From sequence record EF517016.1: a stretch of 553 nucleotides of DNA, one strand, 5' to 3'. The DNA is from a phage. The position numbers and the translations under genes were made by a program. This document shows, one piece after another, positions 1 through 553 of the stretch (position 1 is the first letter of the stretch; the number at the start of each line of letters is the position of its first letter). The notes under the pieces are model-generated. The model was not told the origin of the DNA, ran no database searches, and was given only the letters and a program-made list of their open reading frames with translations.

Positions 1-553
1 GGAACATCTGCGTAGACAATACTGCTAACAGTTACTGGCTCTCTCGTGTATCTAAAACGATTCCGGCACTGGAACACTTAAACGGGTTTGATGTTCGCTG
101 GAAGCGTCTACTGAACGATGACCGTTGTTTCTACAAAGATGGCTTTATGCTTGATGGGGAATTCATGATCAAGGGCGTAGATTTTAACACAGGGTCCGAC
201 CTACTGCGTACTAAATGGACTGACACGAAGAACCAAGAGTTTCATGAAGAGTTATTCGTTGAACCAATCCGTAAGAAAGATAAAGTTCCCTTTAAGCTGC
301 ACACTGGACACCTTCACATAAAACTGTACGCTATCCTCCCGCTGCACATCGTGGAGTCTGAAGAAGACTGTGATGTCATGACGTTGCTCATGCAGGAACA
401 CGTTAAGAACATGCTGCCTCTACTACAGGAATACTTTCCTGAAATCAAATGGCAAGCGGCTGAATCTTACGAGGTCTACGATATGGTAGAATTACAGCAA
501 TTGTACGAGCAAAAGCGAGCAGAAGGCCATGAGGGTCTCATTGTGAAAGACCC
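1..553 (+). CDS. 1.3: ATP-dependent DNA ligase, T7-like phage (gp1.3 family); internal fragment, partial at both ends, codon phase begins at nt 3
   Basis: Seen in sequence: uninterrupted ORF in + frame 3 across the whole window (183 full codons plus partial codons at both ends); the other two + frames hit stops within the first ~80 nt (TAG 13-15, TAA 27-29, TAA 79-81), and the three - frames have no stop-free run longer than ~170 nt. The translation contains ligase motif III (FMLDGEFMIKG) and motif IV (EGLIVKD) in the correct order and spacing. The peptide is near-identical, over its full length, to T7 DNA ligase as I recall it, which continues upstream with the motif I KYDGVRG immediately before this window's GNICVDN. 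Confidence 0.95.
144..176 (+). other. Nucleotidyltransferase motif III of ATP-dependent ligase (F-M-L-D-G-E-F-M-I-K-G); conserved Asp/Glu contact the ATP ribose in the ligase/capping-enzyme superfamily
   Basis: Codons ttt atg ctt gat ggg gaa ttc atg atc aag ggc read directly; the pattern matches the hydrophobic-x-x-DGE-hydrophobic motif III consensus of covalent nucleotidyltransferases (established knowledge). Confidence 0.8.
531..551 (+). other. Nucleotidyltransferase motif IV (E-G-L-I-V-K-D)
   Basis: Codons gag ggt ctc att gtg aaa gac read directly; EG-hydrophobic-hydrophobic-hydrophobic-K is the motif IV consensus of ATP-dependent ligases. Its position about 125 codons after motif III matches T7-type ligases. 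Confidence 0.8.

Noticed and set aside
147-167. Internal ATG codons (147-149, 165-167, 378-380, 390-392, 411-413, 483-485) as alternative starts
   Set aside because: All are in-frame Met codons inside a continuous ORF that demonstrably extends upstream of the window. None is preceded by a clear Shine-Dalgarno (AGGAG-like) sequence at appropriate spacing.
108-206. Repeated hexamer CTACTG at 108-113 and 201-206 (similar CTACTA at 420-425)
   Set aside because: Short direct repeats explained by Leu-Leu codon pairs (cta ctg) in the ligase frame; no evidence of a repeat element.
375-382. Perfect 8-bp palindrome GTCATGAC, with nearby TCATG repeats at 376-380 and 388-392
   Set aside because: Too short to form a stable hairpin or to be a convincing operator. 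It lies inside the coding frame (D-V-M-T) and is at chance level for a window this size.
1-553. Possible T7 promoter, E. coli promoter, RNase III site or terminator embedded in the gene
   Set aside because: No match to the T7 promoter core (CGACTCACTATAGG) on either strand, no GC-rich hairpin followed by a T-tract, and no convincing -35/-10 pair with supporting context. The window is uniformly coding.
1-553. Antisense or alternative-frame overlapping ORFs
   Set aside because: By my manual scan, + frames 1 and 2 are interrupted by stops within the first ~80 nt and repeatedly after, and all three - frames contain stops at intervals no greater than ~170 nt. No credible second gene.
1-553. A novel or previously undescribed system (defence island, toxin-antitoxin, CRISPR and similar)
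   Set aside because: The window is entirely occupied by one well-known gene family, phage ATP-dependent DNA ligase. Nothing in the sequence supports an additional or novel system, and claiming one would be unsupported.

Overview
The whole 553-bp window is an internal fragment of one protein-coding gene on the + strand (codon phase starting at nt 3, no stop codon across 183 full codons). Its translation (GNICVDNTANSYWLSRVSKTIPALEHLNGFDVRWKRLLNDDRCFYKDGFMLDGEFMIKGVDFNTGSDLLRTKWTDTKNQEFHEELFVEPIRKKDKVPFKLHTGHLHIKLYAILPLHIVESEEDCDVMTLLMQEHVKNMLPLLQEYFPEIKWQAAESYEVYDMVELQQLYEQKRAEGHEGLIVKDP) is recognisable as the ATP-dependent DNA ligase of a T7-like coliphage (T7 gene 1.3 family). The window covers the nucleotidyltransferase (adenylation) domain from just after motif I to motif IV; the catalytic lysine of motif I lies upstream and motif V plus the OB domain lie downstream. 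No RNA gene, promoter, terminator, mobile element, CRISPR array or significant repeat is visible, and the other five frames are broken by stops. I see no evidence of a novel system here: this is an ordinary, well-characterised phage gene. The only points worth a second look are a few apparent amino-acid differences from the T7 ligase as I recall it, one of which creates a GAATTC/TGATCA (GATC) site cluster in the motif III codons. All comparisons are from memory and need alignment to confirm.
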